Assembly: GCF_009834535.1 (NCBI RefSeq)
Contig: NC_045697.1
Coordinates: forward strand, 26,662,001 to 26,726,000
Length of the DNA: 64,000 nt
Direction of reading: 5' to 3'
DNA from: Camelus ferus
Taxonomy: Eukaryota
Positions 1-13,299 of this stretch are shown here, in pieces (within the stretch, counting starts at the first letter, position 1; the number at the start of each line of letters is the position of its first letter). Both the position numbers and the translations under genes were made by a program. The notes under the pieces are model-generated. The model was not told the DNA's origin, made no database searches, and saw only the letters and a list, made by a program, of their open reading frames with translations.

Positions 1-399
1 TCCACTGCTTCAGAGCAAATAACAAAATGGATTAACTCTTCAGAAGAAAATAACAGCCACAGCCTGATATTTCATCATCTCATCACACCATCAATTGAAA
101 TGGCTAAGGATCTAAAAACAAATTTATCAGTAGCTAAGTCAAAGAGAGTAATATCCTATACATTAACAAATTAAAAATAAAAGTCAACCTTTTAATGATC
201 CATGGATAGAAGCAAAAAATAAAAGATTTCTAAATAGGCCCAACGCACAGGTGAAAATTTATTAATTTTTTGAGACATATATGTTATTTCATTTAGAGGA
301 AAATCTACAATTTGGTTATCTTCCCTATAATTTTTTTTTTAATTCAGAAAAGTCAATCACATGTATAGAAAAGGGCCACCACTTCCATACCTCAAGTTT

Positions 400-690
400 T
401 TTGTCAGTAGCTCTGGTTTCCCGGCCTCTGGTTTTCCTTTTCCCAAAACCGCTCTCCATCCTGTCATCGCAGAGCATTTTTCTGCCAGCTTTATTGACAT
501 ATAATAGAAAAACAAAAATTGTGTATGTTTAAAATATACAGCTTGGTATGTTGATGAAATATCCATCACCACCAGATAACTTTTTATCTTGGCAACGTGA
601 TTGTGTCAGTCCTTTGCTTAAAACTCTTTAGTGACTCACTAACAAGATAAAATCTGAAGTCCTTTGCAAGCTAGCTCCTTCACAATACGA
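400..690 (+). mobile_element. L2 LINE fragment interrupted by a short antisense L1 3' end (~486-580)
   Basis: L2-like 'gtgtcagtcctttgcttaaaactctttagtgac...gataaaatctgaagtcctt'; L1 3'-end-like 'cagctttattgacatataat' in between. Confidence 0.55.
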
Positions 691-894
691 ACTGTTTAAC
701 TTAGGGGCCAATTGTCCCTCTCCCTTGCCGTGTTCTCTGCTTCACTCCCAGGTATCTTGGGTGTATCTGTGTGTGTATGTATAACAAATATTTATATCTT
801 ATTATAGTGATATAATGGGAAACTTTACTTTGGCTCTTAAGTAAAGAACCAAAGAGTAAATTTGTGGAGACATACAATTCTTTCTCTCTCTCTC

Positions 895-1185
895 TCATTC
901 ATTCATTTGCTAAACATTGTTTTAGCAGTAGACAAAAACAAAAACAAAAAACAAAACAAGCAAGGTTTTTGCTCCCATAGAATTTATGTTTTAGAAGAAG
1001 ACAAACAGTACACACAAATAAATATAAAAAGTTGGTGCTAAATGCAAAGCAGATAAATAAAGCACAGTAAAGTAATAGAGAGTGACCACAGTGGAGGGGA
1101 GGAGGAAGGGGAGGGTACTGCTATCTGAGGCATATTTCTCAGGAGTCTCCTCAGGTTGTGGCATTTGAGCAAAATCTGAAAGTTG
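895..1185 (-). mobile_element. L2 LINE 3' fragment
   Basis: Starts 'cattcattcatt' (reverse complement of the L2 tgaa tail); 'gctcccatagaatttatgttttag', 'ggcatttgagcaaaatctgaa'. Confidence 0.65.
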
Positions 1186-1341
1186 CCTCTGACTTCTGGA
1201 GGATAGGCCTAGTGCATATTTTTGTTTCAGTATAGCATTTTCATTTATATATTTATGTATAATGCAACATTTTCAACACTCTGATGCAGTTTACCATGTA
1301 ATTCCCAAAATACCACCCAAAAAATTGAAGCCCATTAATAC

Positions 1342-1681
1342 TGTAAACTGAATAAACAGAAATTTCAATTAAACAGAGTTGTGAGACCAGAAGCGGGAAT
1401 TCCCACACCCTGCAATGATAGTAGAGCCCAATAGGAAGGAGAAAGATTCCTCTTCTTTCCCGGCAAGGGCTTAGCCAAGGAAGAGTCATGAGCTCTTAGT
1501 TTACCGTAGCTGTCTCAACTTCCTTTTCCTCTCTATAAAGGCTTTTTTCCTTCCCTTGCTGCATGGGATCTTGCACATGGCTCACCATGGTTGCATACCC
1601 CAAATTTCAATTCTCTGATGATCGAAACAAACCGATCTTTGCTGATGAAATATCTGGCAGTCTGTTTGTTTCAGGTCAACA
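1342..1681 (+). mobile_element. ERV1-class solo LTR
   Basis: TG...CA termini (tgtaaactga...aggtcaaca), TATA-like 'ctataaag' near 1533, imperfect 4-bp TSD atac/atat. Confidence 0.75.
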
Positions 1682-1902
1682 ATATAGGCCTTAAAGTTAC
1701 TATAGTCACAGAGAAATGTATAAATGAGTTGATTTCTTACTACATTAAACAACAGAATAAATAATATTCAAAAATCATCTTAAGCCTCTGTAAAGGCTAG
1801 GGGGATAATATTTAGTTGCAACTGTGTAAAGGCCGTGCATTGTCTTGGTTTATGGAATTACTGGTTTTCTCATTGTATAAACATGCACTTTTAATGGCAT
1901 AT

Positions 1903-2990
1903 TTTAAACCTTTTATTTGAAAATAATTTTGAACATGCAAGAATAGTACAAAAGATGCTTGTATCTGTTTTACACAGATTTACCATTGTTAATATCTTGC
2001 CCCATTTGCTTTATATTTATTATTTGCTATCTACCTACATTTCTTCTGAACCACATGAGAACAAATCACATACAATGTTTTTACCTCTCAATGTTTTAGT
2101 GTGTATTTTCTAAGAATTAGGGTATTCTCTTCCATAATCATTATAGTTTTTAACTTTTAGTGATCTATTGACTGTATTGTAACTTTATCAACAGATGGAA
2201 CAAAGGCCTGTATAGCATTTTTTCTTCAGTATAAGATCCAGTCTAGGATCACATAGTGCATTTAATTTTCAGACTTCTTGAGTCTCCTTTAATCTGGAAT
2301 AATTTCTCGGCCTTTATCTTTTAGGACATTGACATTTTTGAAGAATACATATATCCTTCCCCCTTTTCCTTGTTAGTAGAAAGATCATGATTTGGGATTT
2401 CTCTAATGTTTCCTCGTGATTAGATTACCATTCTTAATACAAATATTATGCGAATAATTTTATGTGCTTCTCAGGGTATCACATATAGTAGCACATGATG
2501 TCCATCTGCCCTTTGTCGTTGATTTTAACTTTGATGACCTGGCCAACGTATGGTCCAGTTACCCTATTGTGTAGTTACTATTTTTTTCCCTTACAATTAG
2601 CAAGCAATGTAGGAAGACACTTTAAGACCATGCATATATCCTGCTCTGCATCAAAAACGTCACCCTTGATTTATCATTCATTTGTGATTCTTGCGTGAAT
2701 CATCTGCATGAATTTTGCAAACATGATAGTTGCAAAATATTGATTTTTAAACTCCAGCACTCTCTACACATCAACCAATCATCACTCAGCCTTCTTCTGT
2801 AATCAAGAGCCCTCCTTTCTCCCCAGTTATTTACTTATTTATTTATAATCAGTGTATACTCATGGATTTCTATTTCATACAATGTTTCTGAAATAATTAC
2901 TATACTTAACTATTTTGATGGTTAAAAAAGCCCACAATTTGACTTTTGTGAGCCCTTGAAGTGGGCTTCTAGGTCTTGTGACTTGCCTAT
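1903..2990 (-). mobile_element. Ancient L1 (L1MC-like) 3' UTR
   Basis: 'ttttatttgaaaataattt...caagaatagtacaaa...accattgttaatatcttgccccatttgcttt' is typical of antisense L1MC 3' ends. Confidence 0.75.
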
Positions 2991-3172
2991 GATAATATAC
3001 TCCTTAATATAATGTATGGTGGGACTGTGGGCACCAGTGGTTTAATGTCTGTTCTTTCTATGCCCTGCTTATAATACCCAGGTGCTTACAAGTGCAGATT
3101 CCTTGTTAATACCCAAACCTACTGAATTAACAAACTCAGATGATTTTTATGAACGATAAAGATCAAAATCAG

Positions 3173-3681
3173 TGAAATAGGTATCAAAGGAAAAGTAGGC
3201 AAGAAAGACTTTATTCAAGACTATTGCAAAAGGAGTCAAGACTAATGCTACTGAAAACAGAGACTGAACTCAATTCCACTGAAATAAAAGGTGGGCGAAT
3301 TTTTAAGTGCTGGGGTGAGCTCATGGAAAAGAACTGGAGGACATTAGGGAGGAGGTTGGTTAATGTGATCAGGACATCTGTGTTTGCTAATTGGCATGTA
3401 TCCAACAAATTAGGCTCCTATCCTCCCAAAGAAACTGAAGAGAGAAACTGAAGAAACCCTATCTTTCTTGATGATTACATTTCAAACGGATGGCTCCCAA
3501 TTCCTCCAGAAAGACATTCCAGGATTTTAGAAGATTTACATCTCAAAGAGGCAGAAAAATAATTTCAACTGAAAATCTGAAGTAAATGCTCTAAGAAAAG
3601 GAAGATCAGGGACCTTGCAGTCAGGAAGAAATCTGTGTAAAGCTTAGTCAAGCTGAGGGACTGTTAAAGCCATCTTGGTCA
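3173..3681 (-). mobile_element. MER31-like ERV1 solo LTR
   Basis: Reverse complement begins tgaccaagatggctttaacagtccctcagcttgactaagcttta; polyA signal appears as 'tttatt' near 3209. Confidence 0.8.
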
Positions 3682-3694
3682 ATAATAAATCTTT

Positions 3695-3810
3695 AACAAG
3701 GCAGGATCCAGGTCTATTTTGTTCAATCTTTATTCACCTTGCCTGTAGCTAACTCAGTTCCTGCCATGTAGTGGGCTCTTATTAAGTATATGTAGAATGA
3801 ATAAATAAAT
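3695..3810 (+). mobile_element. L2 3' end
   Basis: 'ggcaggatccaggtctattttgttca...cctgccatgtagtgggctc...tgaataaataaat'. Confidence 0.75.
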
Positions 3811-3883
3811 TAATCCTGCATTTATGATCAGAGTCATCAAGGAAATTTACTTAAGCTTTGTAGGTATTCCTCTGTTTCTTTAG

Positions 3884-4020
3884 GCAGTATCTTCCAAATT
3901 TGTTTGAAAATCTGAAAATCACCTGGAGCACTTCATAAAATATCTAATTCCAGAGCTATACTTCAGATATGACTGGATTGCAATGTCAGGCAGTAGGGGC
4001 TAACTATCTGCATCTTAATA
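3884..4020. mobile_element. MER5-like hAT-Charlie MITE
   Basis: 'cagtatcttccaaattt...aatcacctggagcacttcataaaa...atctgcatcttaa'. Confidence 0.6.
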
Positions 4021-4724
4021 CAATTTAAAATGCTACCAAGAGAGATGATTTAAGATCCATTTCCTTAACATCTCAGCACTGTATTTTTCAAAAAACCCAA
4101 CCTGTTTTTATTTTGATAAGATGTCAAGTGACTGTTTTAGTCTCAAATTTAAAGAAAAGATTCAGTTGCCATTTCCAAACACAAGGGTGCCTGTGGTGCT
4201 ATTGAGCACTGGTCTTAATCATACCCTCTTCTATTGTAGCCCTCAGGTTTATGGAAAACATAAGAGCAGGACCCGCTGAGATTTTAAATGACGCCTCAGC
4301 TACTGCTGTGTTCTGAGATCTAGAGGTGTTGTGCTATTAGCATTTGCTTCAATTACTATTATAGTAAAAGTTTGATCCAATTAGAACTTCTTAAGTAAGC
4401 CTGTGATTTAAAAAATAGTTACAAAAAAAATGTTTTCTTTTGAACGTGTCCTGGATTCTGTCATGAGGATGGGGCAATATAAAATCCTAGGGAGGCTGAT
4501 GGCATGTGTTCCCTTCTTGAAAAGTAGCTGAAGGAATTCATCGTCTCTGTAATTATCTTAACTGGGATTAAAAAGGGGAAATACCCATTGATTAGTATCA
4601 ATTATTATAACTTTCAGATAATTGGTGAGAAAACTTTCAAATCTTGCATTACTATGAAAATTAAAGTTTTCTTCAAAGGCTATGGGGATTATAGTAAAAA
4701 TAACTTCCAATGCTGGCTAAGAGC

Positions 4725-5230
4725 TATCAACTGAAATAAAATGCACAACTTAAAAGCTGAGAGGTATGTTTTATTTGGTGGACTTTCTGAGAACTAGAGC
4801 CCGGGAGGCAGCCTTTCAGAGAGCTCTAAGAGACTGTTCCAACCAGGCAAGAGAGAAGTCAGGATATATAGGAGGTTTTGCAATAAAGACCAGAGAATCA
4901 GAACATCAAAAGATTACTGTTAATTAAAGAAAACCAGACATCAAATTAAGGAATTTAGCATTTTTCTATGTATGGGAAGGTGCAAAGATCTGGGCTCATT
5001 GAAATCATTCCTTTGGTATGCACCTAGCTATCTAGAACTAGTGTCCTGTTCTTCCATATCCTGAGTTCCCTTGAGTTGCAACACTGAGGATGGCAGCAGG
5101 GGCCAGGCTGCCTGATTGTCTGCATCCTGAGTTCCCTCCATTCACTCTCCAGGGTGGCGGTGGTGGCTGCTAACTTGATGGCCACAGCATCCTTTGTTTA
5201 CCAAGTGGCTGGCAGTATTTTTCATTTACA
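4725..5230 (-). mobile_element. MER41-like ERV1 solo LTR (artiodactyl type)
   Basis: 'gacatcaaattaaggaatttagc...tgggaaggtgcaaagatctgggctcattgaaatcattcctttggtatgcacc'; ends ...tttaca; imperfect 4-bp TSD gagc/gggc. Confidence 0.8.
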
Positions 5231-5234
5231 GGGC

Positions 5235-5415
5235 TTACTGTTCCAGGCACTCTTCCATGTGGTTCTGTGCATCATCTCATTTAATGCTCATAATGGCCAT
5301 ATGAGATAGCTAATTATTATCCTTATTTTACAGATGAAGACACTGAGGCTCAGAGAGGTTAATTAACCTGCTCAAGACCACAATATTATTAAGTATAGAA
5401 GCAGGGCTTCAAATT
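5235..5415 (-). mobile_element. MIR SINE
   Basis: Core 'attttacagatgaagacactgaggctcagagaggttaattaacctgctcaagaccaca'. Confidence 0.9.
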
Positions 5416-5474
5416 TGCGTGTGCAGGGGCTGGGGAGATGTCCTTAGAGTTAGCACTAATGTAACCCTTTAAAA

Positions 5475-5710
5475 TGATGATTCTCAATTGGGGATCAATT
5501 TTGCACCCACTCTCCAGAGGATATTAACAATGTCTAGAGACATTTTTGTTTGTCACACCGAGTAGCAGGGGTGTGTGTGCTACTGGCATCTAGTGGGTAG
5601 AGACCAATGATGCTACTCAACATCTTACAGTAATACACAGAACAATTCCTACAACAAAGAATCATCCAGACCAAAATGTCAGTAGTGAGTGCCAAGGTTA
5701 AGAAAACCTT
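5475..5710. mobile_element. MER20 hAT-Charlie MITE
   Basis: 'gtgctactggcatctagtgggtagagacca...gtgccaaggttaagaaaac'. Confidence 0.85.
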
Positions 5711-7699
5711 TAATATAAAACCTGAAGTGAATTTTCGTAGCAAACTAGATTAGAGTGTTTGACATCACCAAGAATTCCTCAGGCCAAATGCGTTTGATAG
5801 GCTCTCTCCCCATCAAACTAAAATGTAAGGAGCTGTAAAATCTCTCCAATTACTGGCAGCAGGGTAGGGTAGAGCTGTACACACAGATACCAGTTTTTGG
5901 GAGGAGTGCATTGTTTTCGAGAGACTTTTCATGTATGCTAAAGAAACAAACTTTTAGCTCAATAGAAAATAAAACCTCCTGAGGTTAATATTTTATAGGG
6001 GAAAAAAATGTGTTGTTTCCTGGGAATGTCTCATGCCATTAAAGAGGAATACCCATACTGTCAATTTCAAGCCTGGAGAGAACACTGAAAAAAAATCTCT
6101 ATGGTATATTAAAAACCTTTATTTTAATCTAGTGTTTCATCAAAACTGCTTGCCAGATCTGTTGATTATAAAGCTGCCTGTTTCCGCAGTCTCTGAGTCA
6201 GCTCTACCAGATGTTTTATTTCATGAATAATTGTTTCTTCAAAGATATTTTCATTTCAGAGCAAATGCATTGAAATGTTAATTTCTGTGAAATTGAGGTG
6301 ATTGGGGAAATACACAGTCAATGTTATATTCATTAAGAGCTAAGATTCTATTTAATTGCAATTAACAGGACTTCCCTGATTTCAAATTAAATTTGGATGA
6401 AAGTAAGCAATTCAAATATGGCAAAATCTTAAGATGTTATTTAAAAATCAACATAATTTTATATTTCCTTGCTTGCTCTTTTGAACACAGGAATTAAAAT
6501 ATATTCCAACTGGAAAAGGAATAAAAGTGAATGAGTCTACCAGAAATTAAATTTAATCTTTCTTTTTGAAGACACATTTGACAAATTTTGAGAGAATATC
6601 AAAAGAATATTTTATATTTTTTAAATTAATGAATTAGACGAATACCTCTTTCTCCAGTCATATTTCAAAGTCAATACACCTAAGCTACAGGTATTTAGTA
6701 TATACTTTCAATGTTTAAGTGATTCCTTTTCTAAACCAGCATCTTTGAGGTCTTTGGAACAGATGACAATAAAATGAAATTCTGATACTTTTATTTTTAA
6801 ATATATCTCTTTATTATAGTTGTTCTCAGTTGCTAACAATAATTTCCCTGTCAAATGTAAAACGCAGCATGTAAAATACTTTTCAAACTTAAAAAGGTTA
6901 TGGATAAGCAATCAATTTGCATTTTCATTTGTAAAGAGGAAGTAATTACTAAGTAAAGCAATCTTAGAGCTAGAAGAGCCTTAAAAATTTACCTAGTGCA
7001 TCCCGTTTCGTTTTAGAGGCAAGAACACTGATGTCAGAAAGGGTGATTTTTTTCAAAGTAACACAGGATGAAGAGTGTACCTCCACACATGGTACTAGAA
7101 AATCCTTGGACCCTGGGGTGCTGGAGCTTCTCCTAACCCTGGAATACTGCTGCCCCACTGAATCTCTCTTAACAGTTCTCAATCTCATGAAGGAAAAGTC
7201 AATGAAGGGTGAAAAGGAAGAAATAAAAGAAGTAAGGCATTTCAGCAAAGACTACTGGCAAGATGTAACTGCTGAAGGATACCTAGAGAAGGAAAAAAGT
7301 GAACTATTTTGAAATATTTAAATAATTGTAATGACCCAGAACTTTTTTTTGACTTGGGACATGGAAAAGGGCAGGAGAATACATTCTTCATTCTCATTTG
7401 TCCTTCCCTTTATTATTCACTTGTGACATCCATTATTCAGGTACCCAGACCAGCCCAATTTAGTGTAACTTGTTTAATTCATAATATACATGAACTAAAA
7501 GTCCTGAGATTCACTGACACCTGAACTTTCTAGGCCTTCAAGTTCTGAGGGGTTAATGGGTAAAGGAGAGTCACCTTGTAAGGCACCATCACCCAACACT
7601 TTGCAGATTAGAGAGATTAGACATGAAGCAGAAGCACCTTCATGTCCACGGTGAAGGGAATCCAGGAGAGCAGGTAGTAGCAGCCATTCATGGTCACAA

Positions 7700-8110
7700 G
7701 TTTTTAGCTACTCTGATAATCTCCAAAACTTACAAAGTCTCAATGGGATAAAAGTTTATTCTCACATATTTAAATTTCAAATAGATATTCCTAACTTGCC
7801 AGTCACTCAGCTTCAGTGAATCAGGGACTCAGACTCTTTGCCTCATCTGTCTCTGCTATCTTCAAGTCCTGATTTCCAAGGTCACCATGCTTGTCTACTT
7901 CAATCCTGAAAGAGAAAAAGCAAAACAGATTGATCACCCATGGAGATTTTTTACATCAGACCTGGAAATAGAATATGTCATTTCCACTCACATTCCATTG
8001 CTGAGAATTCAGTCATGTGGTCACATCTAACTGCATAGGAAACTGGGAAATGCAGTTCAGCTATGTGCCTCAGAAGAAGAGAAAGCAGGTTTGCTCAACC
8101 GTTAGCCACA
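7700..8110 (-). mobile_element. Ancient ERVL/MaLR LTR (LTR33- or MLT1-like)
   Basis: 'cacattccattgctgagaattcagtcatgtggtcacatctaactgcataggaaactgggaaatgcagt'. Confidence 0.65.
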
Positions 8111-10099
8111 GGTCTCTTGGAAAAATTCTAATAAAAATCATACTTCAAAAATTTACCTGTTATCCCCACCCTCCAAAAAAAAGAAATTAAAAAAATTTTA
8201 ATTGTCTCTCTGAGCAGCACTATACTTTTTAAAAAATTATATAAAATATAAATGTATTTTATATATGTGTATGTACATACACATACATACATATGTATGT
8301 ATTCACAAACAGTTCATATTGAAAAAGTCAGTCTAAAAATTTTTCATTGATCCCACCTGGACTTGAAATCACAGTCATCAATAGCCAACCTTATCAGAGA
8401 TTGTTTATTCAGGCAAGTCCCATACACTAATTCTCTAGTATGTCAGTGTGCTGTTTGGTACAGGGTATACAAGGACTAGCTCTTAAAATACACAACCTTG
8501 TGCATTTTCATTAGAACCTAACGAACAGAAACTAACAGAACCCCCAGTAGAGACTGTTCACATATGTATTTGTAGCTGACCCTAAAGCCATCTCAGGGGC
8601 TAACTTGGGCAGAATTTCAGGTGTTCAGAAACGCAAAATGAATTCCTATTTTAATTAATGCTTTAAAGTAAATTGCATTAAGAGAATATACGCAAGACAA
8701 GATCACCTGTCATAATAATAAAAAATGCTTCCCATATTTGCACAGTATGTACAATCTAAACAATCCCTTCAGCACATTTTAATTTTTTATTTGTTCATAC
8801 TGTTCAATCAGTTTTCATCTGGGTATTACAATACCAATATACATGTACTACTTACTGGGGAAATATGAATAATTTTTGATCCACTGTTATTACAGCCCAT
8901 CTCATGAAGTGACTTTGGAAATATTATATCATCTTGTCATCCCCAATTTTGTAGCTCTGGTGTCCTTAATAAATTTATGGCTGAGGGAGACCTGTGTAAT
9001 CAGAAAACTGCCTCAGAGTGAGCCTGGCCTTGGTGAAAGCTGAGTAGCCTAAGGAAGCTATTACTTAAAGCAGCCTCTCCCAAGCTGGGAAATATTTCAA
9101 ATTAAAAATGAAAAGCAGCCTCACAAACCCAAATCACATATCAGATGATTGTGCTAATGACCTGTCAACAATTTCTTTAAATTCCTCTCCGTCTCTTCTA
9201 CAGGGAAAGAAACACTACTTCTTAATTAGCACATTCACTAGTTGTCCCTTCATGGAAAGCATTCAGCTGGCTTCTGTGAAGCAAAGTCAGTAAGACCTGG
9301 ACCCTACCTCAACAAACTAACCATCTGTTGAGAGTCACAGGGAAGTGGAATCAGGAATAGAGAAACATCTCAGGTGGGAATGTGAGATGTGCTGAGTAGT
9401 CGCTTTCTCATGTTGTAGAAAAATATGGGCAAGGATGTTGGCAAAGAATAATAAGTAGGGATGTATTTCCATATGCTGTGCTAGGCTTTTTAAATTAGCT
9501 CCATTGGTATGCGCTTAAAAGCAGGAGAGCAGTTCAAAATATTTACCAACTAGTACAGTTTGGGCACCAACTCAACAGTATACCCTGAATCTAAGCAACT
9601 AATCTGGCTTTACCAAAGAGTGCCAGCAGTGGGTGCCGTGCTCAAGAGGTAAATTGAATACACAGTGAACCAAGAGAAGGTTGTAGCAGAATAGAGGCTA
9701 CTGGAGGCTGCATAGGCCTACTATTGGATGAGGGAACACCAAACCCTTTAAGGTGATTTTTGTCTTTGCTCTGCAAGACCAACTCTGTTGTTACATCAGG
9801 AAATGGGGGCCAGATAGAATAAAGCCACTCCCAGCAATTGAGACTGCCATCCTGTGATTTCTCTAGGCCATCCAGAGGCTCTAAGTCATCTCATGGTGAT
9901 AGATGTATTTCTAAAACCCTGGGATTTGAACAGAAACTAAGCTATTGGAATGCTGAGAAAATAGTTGTAATGGCTTATTTAAAAAAAAAAAATGCAAAAT
10001 TGAAACAAAGAAAATGCTAAATAATATATGTTGAAATATTTGCCTGTGGAATATGAGGTGTCCTTTTTGCACGGTCATCCAGTTGTACTGCACAAATTA

Positions 10100-10410
10100 A
10101 ACAGATTGATTAGGGAACTCCCCTTACACCACCACGCACACATACCTTTCTGCTGCACGCACACATGCAACCTTTTCTCAGATACTATAGCTCCTCCTAA
10201 CTTCTAATTGTCTCTATTTTTTTTTCCATAATGTATGTAATTATCCAAAATAGTATTTTTTGTTGAATTTTTCTCCCCCAATAGAATATCAGCTTCATGA
10301 GATAAAGGATTTGGTTTTATTATTATTCTGTTCATTCCTGCATCCACCCATAACTAGAACAATGTTTGGGACATAGTAAACTCTCAATAAATATTGGTAT
10401 ATTATAAATA
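10100..10410 (+). mobile_element. L2 3' end
   Basis: 'atagaatatcagcttcatgagataaaggatt...actagaacaatgtttgggacatagtaaactctcaataaatatt'. Confidence 0.75.
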
Positions 10411-11134
10411 ATTAATAACCATCATTGTCATCTAGTAAAGAGTTAATCTGTTTCAGTAATAGACACTTTAGAAGTTAATTTTTTTAGCATGAATGTCCTT
10501 ACCAGTTTGGGGATAGAAATGGGGTGATATCAATAATAACTTCAATCCTGACCCCTCTTCCCAGCCTGGTGTTTCCACAGGCTGCCTCTCATTTTCTCAC
10601 AAACTGGGCCTAATCTCAAATCATCCTGAGGCAAATTTGTCTGGTGTTTTCTTCCCCATATCCCTTCTCCATCTGATTAACATCCACTGCCCTCTAAACC
10701 ATGGGAGAATACCTCCAGCTACCACACTAGACGTTGTTCACCATGAAAGCACCCATCCTAGTGCTACCCTTTGCTTCTCTCAGAGCCAACTATCCTCAGG
10801 ATGCTGGAGTGGTAGAGCAGTACCTGCAGGAGACAGAGAACGCCCCTTTCTCTCAAATGGTGTCCCACTGTAACTGAACTCCAAGTACTGATTTTTGTCA
10901 ACTTCTGGCTCCAATCACTCTGTCCATAGCGACCAATACAAAATGAAGGGACTTGGAAGGTGACAAAGAGCATGACTCCTTCTCCACCTCCCTCCCCCAG
11001 TTCATCTTTCCCTCACCTGCTTAATAGGCCACCCTGAAAATTTCTTTTCTCTCCTTTTGGCAAAACCTACTCTCATGTACATGAGTCACTAAGTCACCAG
11101 TTCCACAAACACCATCTGAGTCCCACTTTGAATT

Positions 11135-11335
11135 TTTTTCAGAAACCTTAATACCCTACAATAACACTATCAGGGAGGCATTATTATTCCCATTTTATAG
11201 ATGAAGAAATCGGTATTTATTCAGTTAGAGTGACTTATTTAAAGTCACAAAACTGAGAAGTAATGAAAGATGAAAGTGGAATTCAATGTCAGAATTTTTA
11301 TTTAATCTCAAATCTGAGCTCTGAATGGCTAAACC
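11135..11335 (-). mobile_element. MIR SINE
   Basis: 'attattattcccattttatagatgaagaaatc'. Confidence 0.8.
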
Positions 11336-12879
11336 ATATCTGTTTAAAATAAACATACTGAGCAACATTACTCTTCATGAAACATAGTAATAGGGAAAGA
11401 AGGAAGCAAATGTACTCTTAGAGGGCTGGAAGAGATAGGCTAAGGAGCCAAAAGAACAAGGGTCATAATGAACATGGGCTAAACTGTAATCATTTCACCT
11501 GGAATGATATGGATTCTAATTTTGGCTTTGATCCCAGCCTCTCCTCAGTCTCTTAGGCAGTTAACCAGTTTACCTACAGTACGTCAGAAGGGACCTGCCA
11601 CCTTAACCCTCATCCAGCTGTCTCCCTATTTAAAACACCTGGTCTCACTGTCATCCCACCTAAAAGATATTACACTTCATTATGTTGAAGATCTAAGAAT
11701 AAAGACCAAATTATTTCCTAAATGTTGTTAATTCAATCCTATCAATTGTGTAATCAGGTCCTTTGAAAGTGTAGAAGTACCTAGTAATTAGTGAATAAAG
11801 GGACTAAAATAATATTTGTGAAGCTGTTAATCTAATCCAAATAGTTGGACTTCACATGCCAGAGAGTCAGCCCCTCTCAATCAATACAAAAGTGGAGAGT
11901 GCTTTGAAGTATTACATGTATTTATATAATGTACACCTTTTTCCACTTTAGCATCCTAGCAAAGTACTTGCAGTGGTTACAAATATTTTTAATTAATTTA
12001 GAAACAACCTTTAATCATCTCACCCATCTTTCTGCCAGTAAAAGATAGTCTCTGGGTTACAGTTCTTTTTGTCTTTTAACTTTAAATTTCTCAAATTATG
12101 GGCAGTTTAACAGTTTCCTTAGAAATTAAACTAGAGGAAGGAAAAAAAGGAAAGTGTATAAAGTAATAATTAAGCTTAACTCCAGTCCAGTTCTTCGTAA
12201 GTCTCCCAAAATTGCTTGCAAATGCTATATTTCAGGCAAATTTAAAAAGCTACTTGTACCAGTGCATATTAAATGAGTGTCAGAGGAAAATGCAAATTTG
12301 CATGCCTGAAGCAAAGACTAAGCCAGAATGCATGGAGGCTACAGAGAAATGTTAAAGCATTAACAGATGCTAGATTGGGCACATTAACATAGAGCTTCTC
12401 ACGTACTGAGGGGAGAGGGGAGGGAGGAGTTAGGACCCAGGCTGTTTCAGTGACTAAATCTCCATTTCTCTTCCTCTCCCTCTTGTAATACCTTGCTGCC
12501 CTCTAATTCACCTCCAGCCACTTCTCTTTCCTCTTACTCTCCTTTCCTCTTCTTCTCTCAACTCACAAAATATTACAAGGGCAGCTAGCAGGGGGAGATG
12601 GTAAAGACATTCATGTCCCTTTTCTGCCTCAAACCCTGAGCAGAGCTCAGGACTGCCAAGCTGGTCCAGGTAAGGTTGAGCCTCAAAAAATACAGGTGTG
12701 TGTCTAAGGCTTTCTAATTTGTTTATAATGAAGGCATATAAAAATCCCCTCTAACATTTTTGGGGCTTAGATATGTGATAAAATGTAATTGTGGTGTCAA
12801 ATGTCATTCTTCAGAGTTTTACGTTATCAAAGAAGATCCATGCATCCATTAGCAACTCACCAATAATCTCAAAATATGG

Positions 12880-13095
12880 TCATGAGAATATTGAGAGCAC
12901 CTTACCAAGTCAGACACTGAGTATTGAATATATGCCATATAGCCACTTTGAGAGACAGGTTCTTTTCTATCCTCAATTTATAGGTGAAGAAATTGGAGTC
13001 TAAAAATGTTAAGCAATTTATTTGTCAGATAATCAGTAACAGAGGTGGGATTCAAACACTTGTCTGCCAAAACTCCTTAGAACTAAGCCACACGA
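12880..13095 (-). mobile_element. MIR SINE
   Basis: 'gagcaccttaccaagtcagacactg...atttataggtgaagaaattggagtc...ggtgggattcaaac'. Confidence 0.75.
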
Positions 13096-13154
13096 TTAAT
13101 AATCATCTGGTATTTCTTCTCTTTATCTTCTTTCAATGGCTTTCCTATTATTTT

Positions 13155-13299
13155 CTTTTTTTCTTTAAAGTATAGTCAATTTACAATGTGTCAGTTCCTG
13201 GCACAGCATAACAGCTCAGTCATACATGTACATACATACATTCATTTTCATATACTTCTTCATTATAGGTTGCTACAAGATACTGAATATAGTTCCATG
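13155..13299 (-). mobile_element. Short 5'-truncated lineage-specific L1 with TSD
   Basis: 'aagtatagtcaatttacaatgtg...tacaagatactgaatatagttcc'; 13-bp TSD ttcctattatttt at 13142-13154 and 13300-13312. Confidence 0.85.

Noticed and set aside
11072..11088. 14-bp palindrome ctcatgtacatgag overlapping TGAGTCA
   Set aside because: A few palindromes of this length are expected by chance in 64 kb of AT-rich DNA.
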